Made by a program: the position numbers and the translations under genes. A stretch of DNA of 32,000 nucleotides from Aeromonas lacus (GTDB lineage: Bacteria > Pseudomonadota > Gammaproteobacteria > Enterobacterales > Aeromonadaceae). A model generated the notes under the pieces. That model was given only the letters and a program-made list of their open reading frames with translations. It had not been told where the DNA came from and did not search any database. Shown here piece after piece: positions 8,443-18,711 of this stretch (position 1 is its first letter; each line of letters starts with the position of its first letter). The stretch spans positions 28,280 to 60,279 of the forward strand of contig NZ_JRGM01000026.1 of NCBI RefSeq assembly GCF_000764665.1. Direction: 5' to 3'.

Positions 8443-8949
8443 TTAGCTGGCGGACTTCAGAGATTTTTTAACGCGTTTGAGTGCCATCTGCCGCTTGAGC
8501 GGTGACAGGTAATCAATGAACAAGTTGCCATCCAGATGATCAATTTCATGCTGCATGACAATGGCCAAAAAATCGCTGCTCTCGATAGTGATCGGATTAC
8601 CTTTTCGATCCAGTGCAGATACCACCACCGAGCTGTAACGCTCGACATCCGCGTAGTAATCCGGCACGGAGAGACAGCCCTCTTGTCCAAGTACCTTTTC
8701 AGTACCGCTTATCACTTGTGGATTAATCAAAACCAGCGGCTGATCCCTGCTCTCGGACAAGTCGATAATAACGACGGCCTCTTTACGCCCGACTTGAGTC
8801 GCGGCCAAACCAATCCCGTTTTCCGTCGCATACAGGGTCTCCAGCATGTCATCGATCAGCCCCTGTACGGCAGCAATATCCTCAACTCGCTCGGCCTTGA
8901 GCCTCAACCTGGGGTCGGGAGCCGTCAAAATATTCAAAATCGCCATCAC
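8443..8949 (-). CDS. def: Peptide deformylase (paralogous copy, not linked to fmt)
   Basis: All three PDF motifs are present: GIGLAATQ, EGCLS, HEIDH. The product is 168 aa. Its start ATG overlaps the stop of the upstream GNAT gene (ATGA). Confidence 0.93.
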   Translation of the reverse strand: MMAILNILTAPDPRLRLKAERVEDIAAVQGLIDDMLETLYATENGIGLAATQVGRKEAVVIIDLSESRDQPLVLINPQVISGTEKVLGQEGCLSVPDYYADVERYSSVVVSALDRKGNPITIESSDFLAIVMQHEIDHLDGNLFIDYLSPLKRQMALKRVKKSLKSAS

Positions 8950-9428
8950 AACTCTCCATTAACCACTTTTTTCAATCCGAGGTCACAGCCCAACGGCCGG
9001 GACATCGAGACAAACGCCTGATCCTCTTCGACCACGCTGTAACCAAGGCGCTCATAAAACCGTATCGCCCCATGGTTCTCTGTGAAGCTGGACAGGGTGA
9101 CCCGGCATTTGCCCTCACGCTCAGCCTCCTGATGCAGCCGTTCCATCACGGCAGCACCAAGCTGCCGTCCCTGATACTGAGGGAAAATGATCAGCAGATG
9201 AACATGCTGGGCATCCTCATATGGCTTGCGACATAACAGACCAATACGTTCTCCCCCATGCAGGATCCACAAAAACCATTGCGGCAGATATGAGCTGGTT
9301 AGTCGGTCGCGTTGAAATTGGTCATCCCAGCCAAAGAGCGCCTCAACATAGGGAAATATTCCCTCTTTGACGGCAGTAAAGACCTGCTCAAATTCACTTT
9401 GCGGCACATTAATCAGCTCAATATCCAT
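8946..9428 (-). CDS. GNAT-family N-acetyltransferase
   Basis: 160 aa with an acetyl-CoA binding-type motif QYQGRQLGAAVMERL and a C-terminal FYERLGY. There is a 4-nt ATGA overlap with def. Confidence 0.85.
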   Translation of the reverse strand: MDIELINVPQSEFEQVFTAVKEGIFPYVEALFGWDDQFQRDRLTSSYLPQWFLWILHGGERIGLLCRKPYEDAQHVHLLIIFPQYQGRQLGAAVMERLHQEAEREGKCRVTLSSFTENHGAIRFYERLGYSVVEEDQAFVSMSRPLGCDLGLKKVVNGEL

Positions 9429-9527
9429 CTCTTTCCCTGCTCAAGCCGTATTGAATACGCTGTTAGCGCACAATCACCCTATTACGATTTTTCCAAACGA
9501 CTGCAGATTCTGAAGCATCACGAGCGG

Positions 9528-9941
9528 TTACAGCACCTCAACCTTTACCTTGATAATGCCATCACGAATATTGGCGATGGAGCCGAAGGCAGATTTGGAG
9601 AGATCGATAATACGCCCGCTTTTAAAGGCGCCGCGGTCATTGACCTTGACCACTACGCTCTTGCCGTTGGCGAGGTTGGTCACCCGCACCATGGAACCAA
9701 AGGGCAATTCCATATGGGCGGCGCTATTGAGATTGTTGCGATAGAGCTCGCCGCTGGCGGTCTTTTTACCGTGATAGCGGTCGGCATAATAGCTGGCATA
9801 ACCGGTCTCGCTATAACCGCGCCAGCTGCCGCCGTGGCTCTCGTCATAACGGCTGCTACAGGCGGCCAGCAGCAGGCAGACAAGCAACAGCCCCCCTTTG
9901 CAGGCCGATTGCACCACTCCCTCTCTCCCGATGCCGCGCAT
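9528..9941 (-). CDS. RlpA-like (DPBB domain) lipoprotein, septal-ring lytic transglycosylase family
   Basis: Lipobox LLAAC after a hydrophobic segment. DPBB signature: GYASYYADRYHGKKTASGELY...AAHMELPFGSMVRVTNLANGKSVVVKVNDRG...IIDLSKSAF. GAGGAG lies 6 nt upstream of ATG 9941. The protein is short (137 aa) and lacks a SPOR domain. Confidence 0.85.
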   Translation of the reverse strand: MRGIGREGVVQSACKGGLLLVCLLLAACSSRYDESHGGSWRGYSETGYASYYADRYHGKKTASGELYRNNLNSAAHMELPFGSMVRVTNLANGKSVVVKVNDRGAFKSGRIIDLSKSAFGSIANIRDGIIKVKVEVL

Positions 9942-10325
9942 CTACTTCTCCTCGCTCACCTTGCCGGTTGGATAGTCCGGCGGATCATATCGCGTTGCAG
10001 TAACGAGGAGATTCTCCCCATACCGGCAAGCCACCGCAATGTAGGCGGCCCTTCGCGATCCTTGGACCCAGCCCGGTTGCCTACGCCGTGGTTACCACGA
10101 TTGTTGCAATAAACACAGGCTTTAAATCACCACTGTTGCACCCAAGAGACAATCAAGGGGCCACGTCTCTGCTCGCGTTTGCCAACTCGAGCACGCAAAC
10201 ACCCTCCGATCTGCGTCCGCAATGCAGCACAACAAGAGGGATACTTAACCAGAACCGGGCAAGCCCGTTCATCCGCTGCCTTATCCCATCGCAGGCAGCG
10301 CCGCTACTTTGCCATATTTTTCCAA

Positions 10326-10355
10326 TAAAAAGGGAGGCGAATGCCTCCCTTTTCT
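10326..10355 (-). terminator. Intrinsic terminator downstream of mukB
   Basis: AGGGAGGC (10331-10338), loop GAAT, GCCTCCCT (10343-10350). On the minus strand the hairpin is followed by TTTTTATT. It lies 22 nt after the mukB stop. Confidence 0.8.
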
Positions 10356-10376
10356 CCAGCTATTTGCCCATCAGAG

Positions 10377-13300
10377 TCAGGCGATCAGCTTGTCGTCGGC
10401 AAAGCCGAAGCCGCGCAGACCCACCACATGCACATGCTCGTGCTTGCCCTGCACCTTGCGGATGAGCTTGTAGGTGGTGCCCTTCTCGGGGCTGATGTTC
10501 TCGGGCGCAGCAATAAGCAGCTGCATATCCTGCCGCTCGCACAGCTCGAACAGGGTGGCGATGGATTTGCCATCCAGACGGGCCGCTTCGTCGAGGAACA
10601 ACAGGCGGCAGGGGGCGATATCCTTGCCGCGCAGACGGCGGGACTCCTCCTCCCAGCTGATCAGTACCATCAAGAGGATGGCCTGACCGGTACCGATCGC
10701 CTCACCGGTGGAGAGCGCACCGCTCTCGGCACGCAGCCAGCCATCGGCGCCGCGCTGCACCTCGATCTCCAGCTCCAGATAGTTGCGATAGTCGAGCAGC
10801 ACGTCGCCCATCACCTGATAGCTGCGATCCCCCTGCTCGATCTGCGGGTTCAGGCGCTGGAACAGCTTGGCCATCGCCTCGGAGAAGCTGAGCTCCTTGT
10901 CGGCGAACAGATCGTTGTGCAAGGCAGTTTGATCGGCCAGCGCCGTCAGCAGACGGGTATGGGCCTCGCGGATATTGACGTTGAGGCGCACTCCGCGCAC
11001 CAGACCAAAGGCGATGTTCTGCAAGCCCTGGTTGAGCACCCTGATGCGGTTCTGCTCGCGGCGGATGATGTTGGTGATCTTGGCCGCCACCTCATGGGAG
11101 GAGAGCGACAGATGGGTTTCCCGCTGCTTGAGTTCGTCTGCCAGACGCGCCAGCTCGATCTCCATCTCCTCGATCGCTTCGACCGGATCATCGGAGCGGA
11201 TGATGTCGTTGCGGATGCGATCTTTGAGGTAACGGTAGACCTGCACGTAGAAGGCCACCTTCTGCTCGGTGCTGCGGTTGCCCTCGGAGAGACGCAGCGC
11301 ATCGCGCAGGGCTTCGTCGTGGGCCACAGCCACCCGCAGGGCGCCGAGGGCCTTGTCCGACATGGAGCGCAGCTCGTCGCTGTCAAGGTACGCCAGCTCG
11401 CGCTTGTTGAGGCGTTTCTCGACGTCGGTCTCCCGCGCCAGACGCACCACCCGCGACCAGCTCGCCTTGTGACCCACCAGAGATTTACGGGCACTGTAGT
11501 AATCCTTGCCTTCCAGCTTGAGACGGCCGCCAAGGGATTCAATCTCGCGCTTGGTGACCTGCAACTGGGCCTCGGCGCTGGTGCGACGGGAACGGGTGCG
11601 GATCAGCAGCTCTTCGATCTCTTTCTTGTGGGCGCGCGCCTTCTCTTCCATATCGTCGGAGAGGGTCAGCCCCATGGCCGCCAGCTCCTGCTCAAACTCG
11701 GTCAGGGTCTGGCGCTTGGCTTCGACGCTGGAGTTAAGGGCAGTGCGCAGCTGCAACGCCTCGGTGTGGCGCTGGGCAATCTGCTTGTGCTGCTCGCCAG
11801 CGGTGCGGGCCGCCAGCTCGGCCGCTTTGAGCTTCTCTTTGAGTCGCTCGCTCATCTCGGACGCCTTGCCCAGCAGGTCTTGCGCATCCTGATAGGCAAA
11901 GTGCGGCAAACGGGCCACCAGCTGATCGAGGGCGTAGCAACGGCGTTTCTGCTCGGCCAGCAGGTCGCTCACCTCATCGTAAGCTGCCTGCAGCGCCGCA
12001 AGATCCTGCGGATCCTGACGCAGCACCTGCACCTCGATCTCCAGCTTCTCAAGCGCCTTGCCGTGCTTGGCGATAAAGGCTTCGGCCTGTTTTAGCGCTT
12101 CCACATCGGCGTGAGCCGCCTCGAGGCGGGCAGCCAGGTCTGTCTCGGCAAACAGGTGGGCAAAGGGCAGCATCCCCTGCACCAGCTGGATATGGCGAGT
12201 CAGCTGGGCGGCGGCCGCTTTGGCATCACTCAGCAGCTTGTCGCACTCGCCGATGGCTCCTTGCAGCGCGCGCAGTTCGGCCTGTTTGGCCTGCACTTCG
12301 GCTTCGGGGTCGGGACGGAAGGCGATATCCAGATGCTGGCCGATAAAGTCGCGGAAGTGACCGTAGAGACGGTGGTACTTCTGCTGCTCGAAGGCGGCCT
12401 TGGCGTAACCCTCGATGAGCCCTTCGCGCTCAAGGTCGAGCTGCTCGATCCGCTTTTCCCGGGCGGCGCGGCCAAACAGCGGCAGCTCGGGATAGCGGGA
12501 GAAGCGTACCTGACGCTTGCTGGTGCGCACCAGGACGGCGTCCCCCAGCTCATCCGCTTCTACCAGATCCTCGTCAAAGGAGTCAGGGTTGCCCTGAATC
12601 AGGTAGATATCTTCCGGGCAATCTTCCAGCTTTTTCAGCCGCTCGATGGCGCCCTCAAGGTCGAGCACCACCAGGGCGCTGCGGGCCGGACCGTAGAGCG
12701 CGGAGTAGTAAGGGGCATCGTCGATGGAGATATCGTCATAAACATCGGAGAGCAGCACGCCCCCCACCTGCTCGGCAATACGGGCCAGACGCGGATCCGC
12801 CTCGCCAGCCCCCAACTGCAGGTTGCGAATTTGCAGCTCCAGCGCCTGTTTCTGCGCCGCGATGCGATTGCTCTCCTGCTCGAACTCCCGCTCCTTGTCG
12901 AGCACGGTTTGCATACCGGCCGAAAGCTCTTCGGCGGTAGTCAGCGGCAGACCGCTCTGCTCGCGCAACTGCTCGAGTTTTTCAAAGGATTTCAGCCAGC
13001 GCGGCGCCAGCTTGGTGAGCTCCGCAATATCACGGCCCAGCTGGGCGCCCTGATGCTCGAGGCTGGCACGGCGCTGATTCACCTCGGCCTGCTGCTCGGA
13101 GAGCTCCTCCTGACGGGTGCGCTGGGCTTCGAGGAAGATCTCCAGCTCATCGCTGCTGGCAATCAGCTGGCCAGAGGCCTGCTGCAGCTCGTCACGCAAC
13201 TTGAAGAGACTCTTCTGGCTTTCGCTCTCTTTCTCGAGGCGAGCCAGCGCGGCGCGCAGCCCCTGCCCCTGGGCAATACGGGCCTTGTCTTCGATGTGAC

Positions 13301-14804
13301 GCTTGAGCAGCGCCTGCGCGGTGGGCCAGGCGGCCTCGCGCACTGTCTCGGGGGCGATGCTGAGCAGCAGCGCCAGCGCCGCTTCGTGCTCGGCCACTGC
13401 CGCCTTGGCCAGCGCCAATTGCTGTTCGGCCCCCAGCACCCGGCTGGTGAGACTCTGCTCGGCTGCGCGGAACTGGTGCAGGGTGTCGCTCGCCTGTTCG
13501 GCGGTCAGCCCCGGCAGCTCGCACTGCTCGCGGGCAGCATCGAGAGCCTGCACCGCCTGACGGTACTGGATGGCGCGGGTCTGCTGGATATCGAGCGCCT
13601 GCTGGTAGTCGGCCAGCTGGGTCTTGAGGCTGTCGACTTCTGCCTGCGCCAACTCCTTGCGCTCTTCCACTTCCAGCAGCTGGCCGTGGATCTCCTCCAC
13701 TACCGCCTGCTGCTGCTCGAGTTTGTCAGAGAGCTCCGCCAGATCGGCGCGATACATCTCGATCTTCTTCTGCAAGCTGACGGCCGCCATCACCTTGGCC
13801 AGATGCTCGGAGGCAGACTCCAGCTCGTCGGTCAGCAATTTTTCGCGGTTGGTGAGCTGCTCCACCTCGTCGGCCAGATAGATGGCGCGCTGCTTCTCTT
13901 CGGCCAGAATGCGGCGCTTGTCGGACAGCTCCTGACGCGCCTTGAGGGCCAGCTCGGAGAGACGGTTCTTCTCGGCGGCGTTGCGCACATAGTCCGCGGC
14001 CACATAGTGGGTGGTCTCGGTGATCAGGTTCTTGAACAGATCCCGCTGACCCTGGGTCTCTTTAATGGCTTCCAGCGTGCGGCGGTTTTCATAGATGGCC
14101 GCCTCCATGTCCGCAAACGCCTTGCGCACCCCGGAGTTCTCCGGCAGCAGGTATTCGCGCAGGGAACGGCTGATGGACGAGGAGATGCCGCCGTAGAGGG
14201 AGGCTTCGATCAGGCGATAGAACTTGCCGCGATCTTTTTGATCACGCAGCTTCTTCGGGGTGATACCGAACTCGAACATGAAGTTGTGATAGTCGGTCAC
14301 CGTATTGAATTTGGCGACTTTCAGCGCCCCCAGCTCGGCGGCCGCCCCTTTCAGGTCGGTAAAGGCGCGTACCCGCCCTTTGCCGCCATCGAGCTTCTCC
14401 AGCAGCAGATCGGTCGGAGCCAGATTTTCCGGCACATCCACCAGCGCGAACGGGGTGATGTTGACCTTGTTGTCACGGTTGGCCACCTGCTCGAGGTGCA
14501 CGCCGACCCAGATCCGCTGTTCGCGGCTGTTCATCACTTCCAAAAGCGAATAGCAGTGACCGCGCTGCAACTTGCCGTAGAGCCCCTTGTCACGGGAGGC
14601 GCTGCTCGATCCCGCTTCCGTGGTGTTGCGGAAATGGAGCAGTGACTGGTCGGGGATGAGCGCCGCGATAAAGGCCGCCATGGTGGTGGACTTGCCCGCG
14701 CCGTTGCCGCCGGAAAGGGTGGTGACCAGCTGGTCGAGATCGAAGGTCCGGGCAAAGAAGCCGTTCCAGTTGACCATGGTCAGGGATTTGAACTTGCCTC
14801 GCAC
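10377..14804 (-). CDS. mukB: Chromosome partition protein MukB (SMC-like condensin ATPase)
   Basis: 1475 aa with a GTG start. N-terminal RGKFKSLTMVNWNGFFARTFDLD...LSGGNGAGKSTTM (Walker A), long coiled-coil middle, and C-terminal LSTGEAIG...LLFLDEAARLD (signature and Walker B). Confidence 0.97.
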   Translation of the reverse strand: MRGKFKSLTMVNWNGFFARTFDLDQLVTTLSGGNGAGKSTTMAAFIAALIPDQSLLHFRNTTEAGSSSASRDKGLYGKLQRGHCYSLLEVMNSREQRIWVGVHLEQVANRDNKVNITPFALVDVPENLAPTDLLLEKLDGGKGRVRAFTDLKGAAAELGALKVAKFNTVTDYHNFMFEFGITPKKLRDQKDRGKFYRLIEASLYGGISSSISRSLREYLLPENSGVRKAFADMEAAIYENRRTLEAIKETQGQRDLFKNLITETTHYVAADYVRNAAEKNRLSELALKARQELSDKRRILAEEKQRAIYLADEVEQLTNREKLLTDELESASEHLAKVMAAVSLQKKIEMYRADLAELSDKLEQQQAVVEEIHGQLLEVEERKELAQAEVDSLKTQLADYQQALDIQQTRAIQYRQAVQALDAAREQCELPGLTAEQASDTLHQFRAAEQSLTSRVLGAEQQLALAKAAVAEHEAALALLLSIAPETVREAAWPTAQALLKRHIEDKARIAQGQGLRAALARLEKESESQKSLFKLRDELQQASGQLIASSDELEIFLEAQRTRQEELSEQQAEVNQRRASLEHQGAQLGRDIAELTKLAPRWLKSFEKLEQLREQSGLPLTTAEELSAGMQTVLDKEREFEQESNRIAAQKQALELQIRNLQLGAGEADPRLARIAEQVGGVLLSDVYDDISIDDAPYYSALYGPARSALVVLDLEGAIERLKKLEDCPEDIYLIQGNPDSFDEDLVEADELGDAVLVRTSKRQVRFSRYPELPLFGRAAREKRIEQLDLEREGLIEGYAKAAFEQQKYHRLYGHFRDFIGQHLDIAFRPDPEAEVQAKQAELRALQGAIGECDKLLSDAKAAAAQLTRHIQLVQGMLPFAHLFAETDLAARLEAAHADVEALKQAEAFIAKHGKALEKLEIEVQVLRQDPQDLAALQAAYDEVSDLLAEQKRRCYALDQLVARLPHFAYQDAQDLLGKASEMSERLKEKLKAAELAARTAGEQHKQIAQRHTEALQLRTALNSSVEAKRQTLTEFEQELAAMGLTLSDDMEEKARAHKKEIEELLIRTRSRRTSAEAQLQVTKREIESLGGRLKLEGKDYYSARKSLVGHKASWSRVVRLARETDVEKRLNKRELAYLDSDELRSMSDKALGALRVAVAHDEALRDALRLSEGNRSTEQKVAFYVQVYRYLKDRIRNDIIRSDDPVEAIEEMEIELARLADELKQRETHLSLSSHEVAAKITNIIRREQNRIRVLNQGLQNIAFGLVRGVRLNVNIREAHTRLLTALADQTALHNDLFADKELSFSEAMAKLFQRLNPQIEQGDRSYQVMGDVLLDYRNYLELEIEVQRGADGWLRAESGALSTGEAIGTGQAILLMVLISWEEESRRLRGKDIAPCRLLFLDEAARLDGKSIATLFELCERQDMQLLIAAPENISPEKGTTYKLIRKVQGKHEHVHVVGLRGFGFADDKLIA

Positions 14805-14807
14805 CGG

Positions 14808-15527
14808 TTATACCTCCAGATCCAGTTGTTCTTCATCGAGATCCGCCTCGATGTCATCAAAGAGCGAGTCGCTGCTCGGCATTTCGTCGTCGTGGAAGAT
14901 GGCTTCACCCTCCTGGATCATCCGCAGCTGAACGGCGCGCGGATCTTCATCGGAACGCACGTCGGCGGCGAAACGGAACACCGATTCGTTGACCCGGAAT
15001 TTATCCCCGTTGCCAAGGGCGGTGATCATGCCAAGACGGCGCAGACGGCGCATGGAAGTACGGATCTTTTCGAGCAACTTCTTCTTGTCGAGATCGGTAC
15101 CGCCGGAGCGGCTGTTGACCATCCGCAGCAGCTGCTTCTCGTCGGCGAGGCTCAACACCTCCTCCTGCAGCTCGGCCATGGCGAATACCCCTTCCGAGGC
15201 CAGACGATCCGGGCTCAGGTAGAGGTAGCAGAGCACCTTGCCCACCAGCATATCGAGCTCGGAGAGCACAGTGGTGCCGATGTCGGAGCTCGGGCGCGGG
15301 CGCAGGTAAAAGAAGCCTTCCGGCGCCTTGATCAGCTCCACCTGATAGCGGCCGTAGAAGATCTCCAGCTCGCTGTGATATTCGACCAGCGCCGAATGCT
15401 GCTCGAACTCGTCGGCACTGATGTGACGGCCGGAGCGCAAGGCGGTATCGATGCGCGGAAACAAGGGGTTGGCAATCGCCTCTGCGAGGCGCAGCGGCAA
15501 GGGAAACTCAGAATTGATCAATGACAT
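14808..15527 (-). CDS. mukE: Chromosome partition protein MukE
   Basis: Track ORF 14808..15605, trimmed to ATG 15527 ([36 protein letters not shown]...). The choice rests on N-terminal correspondence with E. coli MukE and the resulting length (239 aa). It overlaps the mukF stop by 20 nt, and its stop is 3 nt before the mukB GTG. Confidence 0.93.
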   Translation of the reverse strand: MSLINSEFPLPLRLAEAIANPLFPRIDTALRSGRHISADEFEQHSALVEYHSELEIFYGRYQVELIKAPEGFFYLRPRPSSDIGTTVLSELDMLVGKVLCYLYLSPDRLASEGVFAMAELQEEVLSLADEKQLLRMVNSRSGGTDLDKKKLLEKIRTSMRRLRRLGMITALGNGDKFRVNESVFRFAADVRSDEDPRAVQLRMIQEGEAIFHDDEMPSSDSLFDDIEADLDEEQLDLEV

Positions 15528-16827
15528 AGGCCTGAACCTTGGATCCAGCTTGGTTAATGGGTTTCCATGCGGGTTGGCGATGCAGTTCGCGCTCGCCGCT
15601 GGCATGGCCCAGGCGCACGGCCTGGTCGATCAGAAGACGCGCCACATCGAAGTGGGCATGGGCCGGGTAATCCAGCAGGTATTCCCGCAGCACATCGGCC
15701 AAGTCCAGCTGCTGGCCCTGCTCGGGGTAGCGGGCCAGATAGCGCTCGATGCGCTCGGCCAGCTCCTGGTTGATATCCACCATCTCGACGTACTCCATCT
15801 CGAGGGGCACCTCACCGGTCACCTCCTCGTCGTGGATGGCGATGGTTTCGTCGCGCAGTTCCAGCAGACGGGGCTCTTCGGCAATGCGCAGCTGCCAGTT
15901 GTGCTGCTCGAAATTGCGGATGGACTCGCGCAGCCGCTGGCTGAAGGCGCGGTTCTTGTCCATGTCGATGGCGTTGCGGATAAATTTGTGGACGTGTCTG
16001 TCGTAGCGGGACCAGAGCTCGATGCACTGCTGACCCCAGCTGGTGATGACGTCAAGACGCCCCTGCAACGCGTGAGTCAGCTCCTCGACGTGGAACAGAT
16101 CGTCACGCCCCTGCGCCGCTTCCTGAATGTTGAGCAGCCCCGCCTGCAGGCGGTGGCCGGCAGCATCCAGGGTATCTTGCAGCTCGCGCAGGGTCTGGCC
16201 GGTCTCGTGCAGCAGCTTTTCGCAGCTGTGAATGGCATCGACCCAGTTCTGGGTCAGCAGGGCAGCAATCTCGCTTTTGACCTGATTCTGCTGCTCATCC
16301 ATGGCGCGCTGGGTGAGATCGATCCGCCCCAGCGTCTCTTCCAGCGAGAAAGTGAGGCGCGGCAGCACCTCGGCATCCCACTGCTCGCGGGTGTTGGTCT
16401 CGAGCGCCGCCTTGCGGGCGGTGTCGAGCTCGGAAGCCAGGTGTTCGAGCAGGATGGAGAGCTTGATGGAGTCAACCTGACGCTGATCCATAAAGAAGTC
16501 GACGATGCTCACACCCAAGCGCGACAGGCGGTAGAGGCTCTCCCCCGCCACCATGTCGGTGTTGAAGCGCGACAGCAGCTGCTGGCGAATGAGATCGTTG
16601 ATGGCGTTGTTGGCGCGACCGGTGAGGGTCTCGTCCATCTGGCCGAAGGCGCTGCTGACATAGCCAAAGGCATCGTGCAGCGCAGCTTCCGACAGGTCCG
16701 ACTCATCTTCGGACAGGGTCTTGATTGCAATCAGAAAGGCCAGCCGGTCGGTCGGCAGGCTCAACGCCAACCCCTCCTGCCTGACCCATCCCACCATCTC
16801 TGGCAGGGTACGGGATGTACTCATCAT
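15508..16827 (-). CDS. mukF: Chromosome partition protein MukF (kleisin)
   Basis: Track ORF 15508..16908, trimmed to ATG 16827 ([34 protein letters not shown]...). The product is 439 aa, comparable to 440 aa in E. coli, and includes ...[32 protein letters not shown].... Confidence 0.93.
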   Translation of the reverse strand: MMSTSRTLPEMVGWVRQEGLALSLPTDRLAFLIAIKTLSEDESDLSEAALHDAFGYVSSAFGQMDETLTGRANNAINDLIRQQLLSRFNTDMVAGESLYRLSRLGVSIVDFFMDQRQVDSIKLSILLEHLASELDTARKAALETNTREQWDAEVLPRLTFSLEETLGRIDLTQRAMDEQQNQVKSEIAALLTQNWVDAIHSCEKLLHETGQTLRELQDTLDAAGHRLQAGLLNIQEAAQGRDDLFHVEELTHALQGRLDVITSWGQQCIELWSRYDRHVHKFIRNAIDMDKNRAFSQRLRESIRNFEQHNWQLRIAEEPRLLELRDETIAIHDEEVTGEVPLEMEYVEMVDINQELAERIERYLARYPEQGQQLDLADVLREYLLDYPAHAHFDVARLLIDQAVRLGHASGERELHRQPAWKPINQAGSKVQAYVIDQF

Positions 16828-16927
16828 GATGTTGTCATCTCGTTGTTGTATTGGGCGCAAAATCGTGCGCGCGGCTACATCCGGTAGCATCGAAAACATG
16901 GTGCACATCGACGTGAACCGCGAGCAA

Positions 16928-17719
16928 TCAGCTGGCCGGCTTCTGGGCCATCACATGGATATAGCGACCGAGGGAGACAAAAGGCTCCTGACGGCAATAT
17001 TGCTGCTCCATGGCCAGCAGATCGTCGAACTTCTCCACCTGATCCTGCTTGTGACGCATATAGTCGTGGATCACCCGCACCCCGGTCTTGCCGATGATGC
17101 GCAGCCCCCCGCGACCAATCCAGTCATAGACCTGCTCCGGCAGCTGGGGATTGGTGGGCGTAAGCGCGGTCTGGCGCTTCTTGCGAAGGCCAAGGCGCAC
17201 ATAGTCAAAATTGCCCACCACCAGGCTCTGGAACAGCAAGCCATGACGGTTGTAAAAAAGCAGCGACAGTATGCCCCCGGCATTGACGAAAGGGAACAGA
17301 CCCAGCAAGGTCTGGCGCGGCTCGGCGAGCCACTCCAGCACCGCATGGCAGAGCACCAGATCAAAGGTACCGGTCACGTGTTGCTTCAGATCCTGAATGG
17401 GGCAATGGATGAGACGAATTTTGTCTTCCAGCCCCTTCTCGGCGATCTGGCTGCGGGCCAGTTCCAGCATTTCTGCTGACAGATCGCACAGCTCCACCTG
17501 ATGACCCATGGCCGCCAGCTTCTGGGCGAAATAGCCAAAGCCGCCCCCCGCATCGAGGATGCGCAGCGGTCGGTTGCCAAGGCGGGCCAGGCAGGCTTCG
17601 ATGTCGCTCCAGACAATGGTGGTGCGGATGCGCCCCTTGGTGGAGTCGTAAATGTTGCGGGCGAACTTGTCGGCGCGCCCGTCAAAACTCTGATCGTGCT
17701 TCAAGGAGAAACTCAACAT
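16928..17719 (-). CDS. cmoM: tRNA 5-carboxymethoxyuridine methyltransferase CmoM (SmtA/YcbD), SAM-dependent
   Basis: SAM motif LRILDAGGGFGYFA. The C-terminus RQEPFVSLGRYIHVMAQKP resembles E. coli CmoM. It lies directly upstream of mukF as in E. coli. I chose ATG 17719; the track GTG 17728 is also possible. Confidence 0.88.
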   Translation of the reverse strand: MLSFSLKHDQSFDGRADKFARNIYDSTKGRIRTTIVWSDIEACLARLGNRPLRILDAGGGFGYFAQKLAAMGHQVELCDLSAEMLELARSQIAEKGLEDKIRLIHCPIQDLKQHVTGTFDLVLCHAVLEWLAEPRQTLLGLFPFVNAGGILSLLFYNRHGLLFQSLVVGNFDYVRLGLRKKRQTALTPTNPQLPEQVYDWIGRGGLRIIGKTGVRVIHDYMRHKQDQVEKFDDLLAMEQQYCRQEPFVSLGRYIHVMAQKPAS

Positions 17720-17805
17720 TAGCGCCACAGGGTTGTGACCATCCCAAAAAAGAGAGGTATTCTGTCACATCCCGAATTTGCTGAAAACTCAAGGAAGTGT
17801 CTACC

Positions 17806-18576
17806 GTGTTTGTGCTCAAAAAGTGGCTGGGTCAACTGTTGATGCCGCTCCCCTTCTCCCTCTCCCTGCTGCTGGTCGCCCTGCTGCTGCTCTGGTTCAC
17901 CCGTTTTCAGAAAACCGGCAAGCTGCTGGCGACGCTCTCGCTGCTGCTGGTCGCCCTGCTGGGAATGCGGCCGGTGAGCTATGAGCTGGCCCGCGGGCTG
18001 GAGCAAACCTTCCCGCCGTTCGAGGTGAGCCAGCATCCCAAAATCGACGCCATCGTGGTACTCGGCAATGGTCATGTCAGCGATCCGGCGGTACCGATGC
18101 GCAGTTGGCAGAATAATATCTCGCTGGCACGGACTCTCGAAGGGGTACGCCTTGCCCAGGCCTATCCCGAAGCCGAGCTGGTGTTCTCCGGCTATGTGTC
18201 GGGGGATACCCTCTCCAATGCCGAGGTCAATGCCCGGATGGCCGAGAGCCTCGGCATACCCCGTTCGCGGATGACGTTGTTTGAAAACAACAAAGACACT
18301 CATGATGAGGCGGTCAGTATCAGCCGACATCTGAAAGGAAAAGAGGTGGCGCTGGTCAGTTCTGCCACCCACCTGCCGCGCGCCATGGCCCTCTATCAGG
18401 GTCAGGGGCTCCACGCCGTGCCGGCCCCCACCGATTACACCGCCAAGCAGAGCCAGGTGGCCCAGCCCCTCTATAGTTATTTACCCAAAGGGCGTTATTT
18501 GATGTATTCCGAAGCTGCCATCCACGAATGGATTGGGGTATGGTGGGCCCGCTTGCGGGGGCAGGTTAACGAATGA
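17806..18576 (+). CDS. elyC: Envelope biogenesis factor ElyC (YcbC, DUF218)
   Basis: Track ORF starts at GTG 17797. I prefer GTG 17806 (VFVLKKWLGQLLMPLP...), which places AAGGAA (17791-17796) at 9-nt spacing and matches the E. coli N-terminus MLFTLKK. Also present: ...LLWFTRFQKTGK...VTSATHLPRA-like SSATHLPRAM. It is divergent from cmoM as in E. coli. Confidence 0.88.
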   Translation: MFVLKKWLGQLLMPLPFSLSLLLVALLLLWFTRFQKTGKLLATLSLLLVALLGMRPVSYELARGLEQTFPPFEVSQHPKIDAIVVLGNGHVSDPAVPMRSWQNNISLARTLEGVRLAQAYPEAELVFSGYVSGDTLSNAEVNARMAESLGIPRSRMTLFENNKDTHDEAVSISRHLKGKEVALVSSATHLPRAMALYQGQGLHAVPAPTDYTAKQSQVAQPLYSYLPKGRYLMYSEAAIHEWIGVWWARLRGQVNE

Positions 18577-18672
18577 GCAATCAAGCGTTTCATTCCTGAT
18601 TTGGATCAGGAAAGCGAAAAAAAATTACGTCATTTGCCGCCGGGTCAGCTATCTTGGGCTCGGTTCAATTCA

Positions 18673-18678
18673 TATAAT
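18673..18678 (+). promoter_or_regulatory. Candidate -10 box for tpiA
   Basis: A perfect TATAAT lies 34 nt upstream of ATG 18712. No convincing -35 is present (TATCTT at 17-nt spacing). Confidence 0.3.
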
Positions 18679-18711
18679 GTTGCGCAATCAAATGCCTAGG
18701 AGATTAAGAAG

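Noticed and set aside
10153-10272. 39-codon minus-strand ORF (MNGLARFWLSIPLVVLHCGRR...) in the 385-nt spacer between the mukB terminator and the RlpA-like gene.
   Set aside because: It has only a marginal SD and no recognisable similarity. An ORF of this length is expected by chance in GC-rich sequence.
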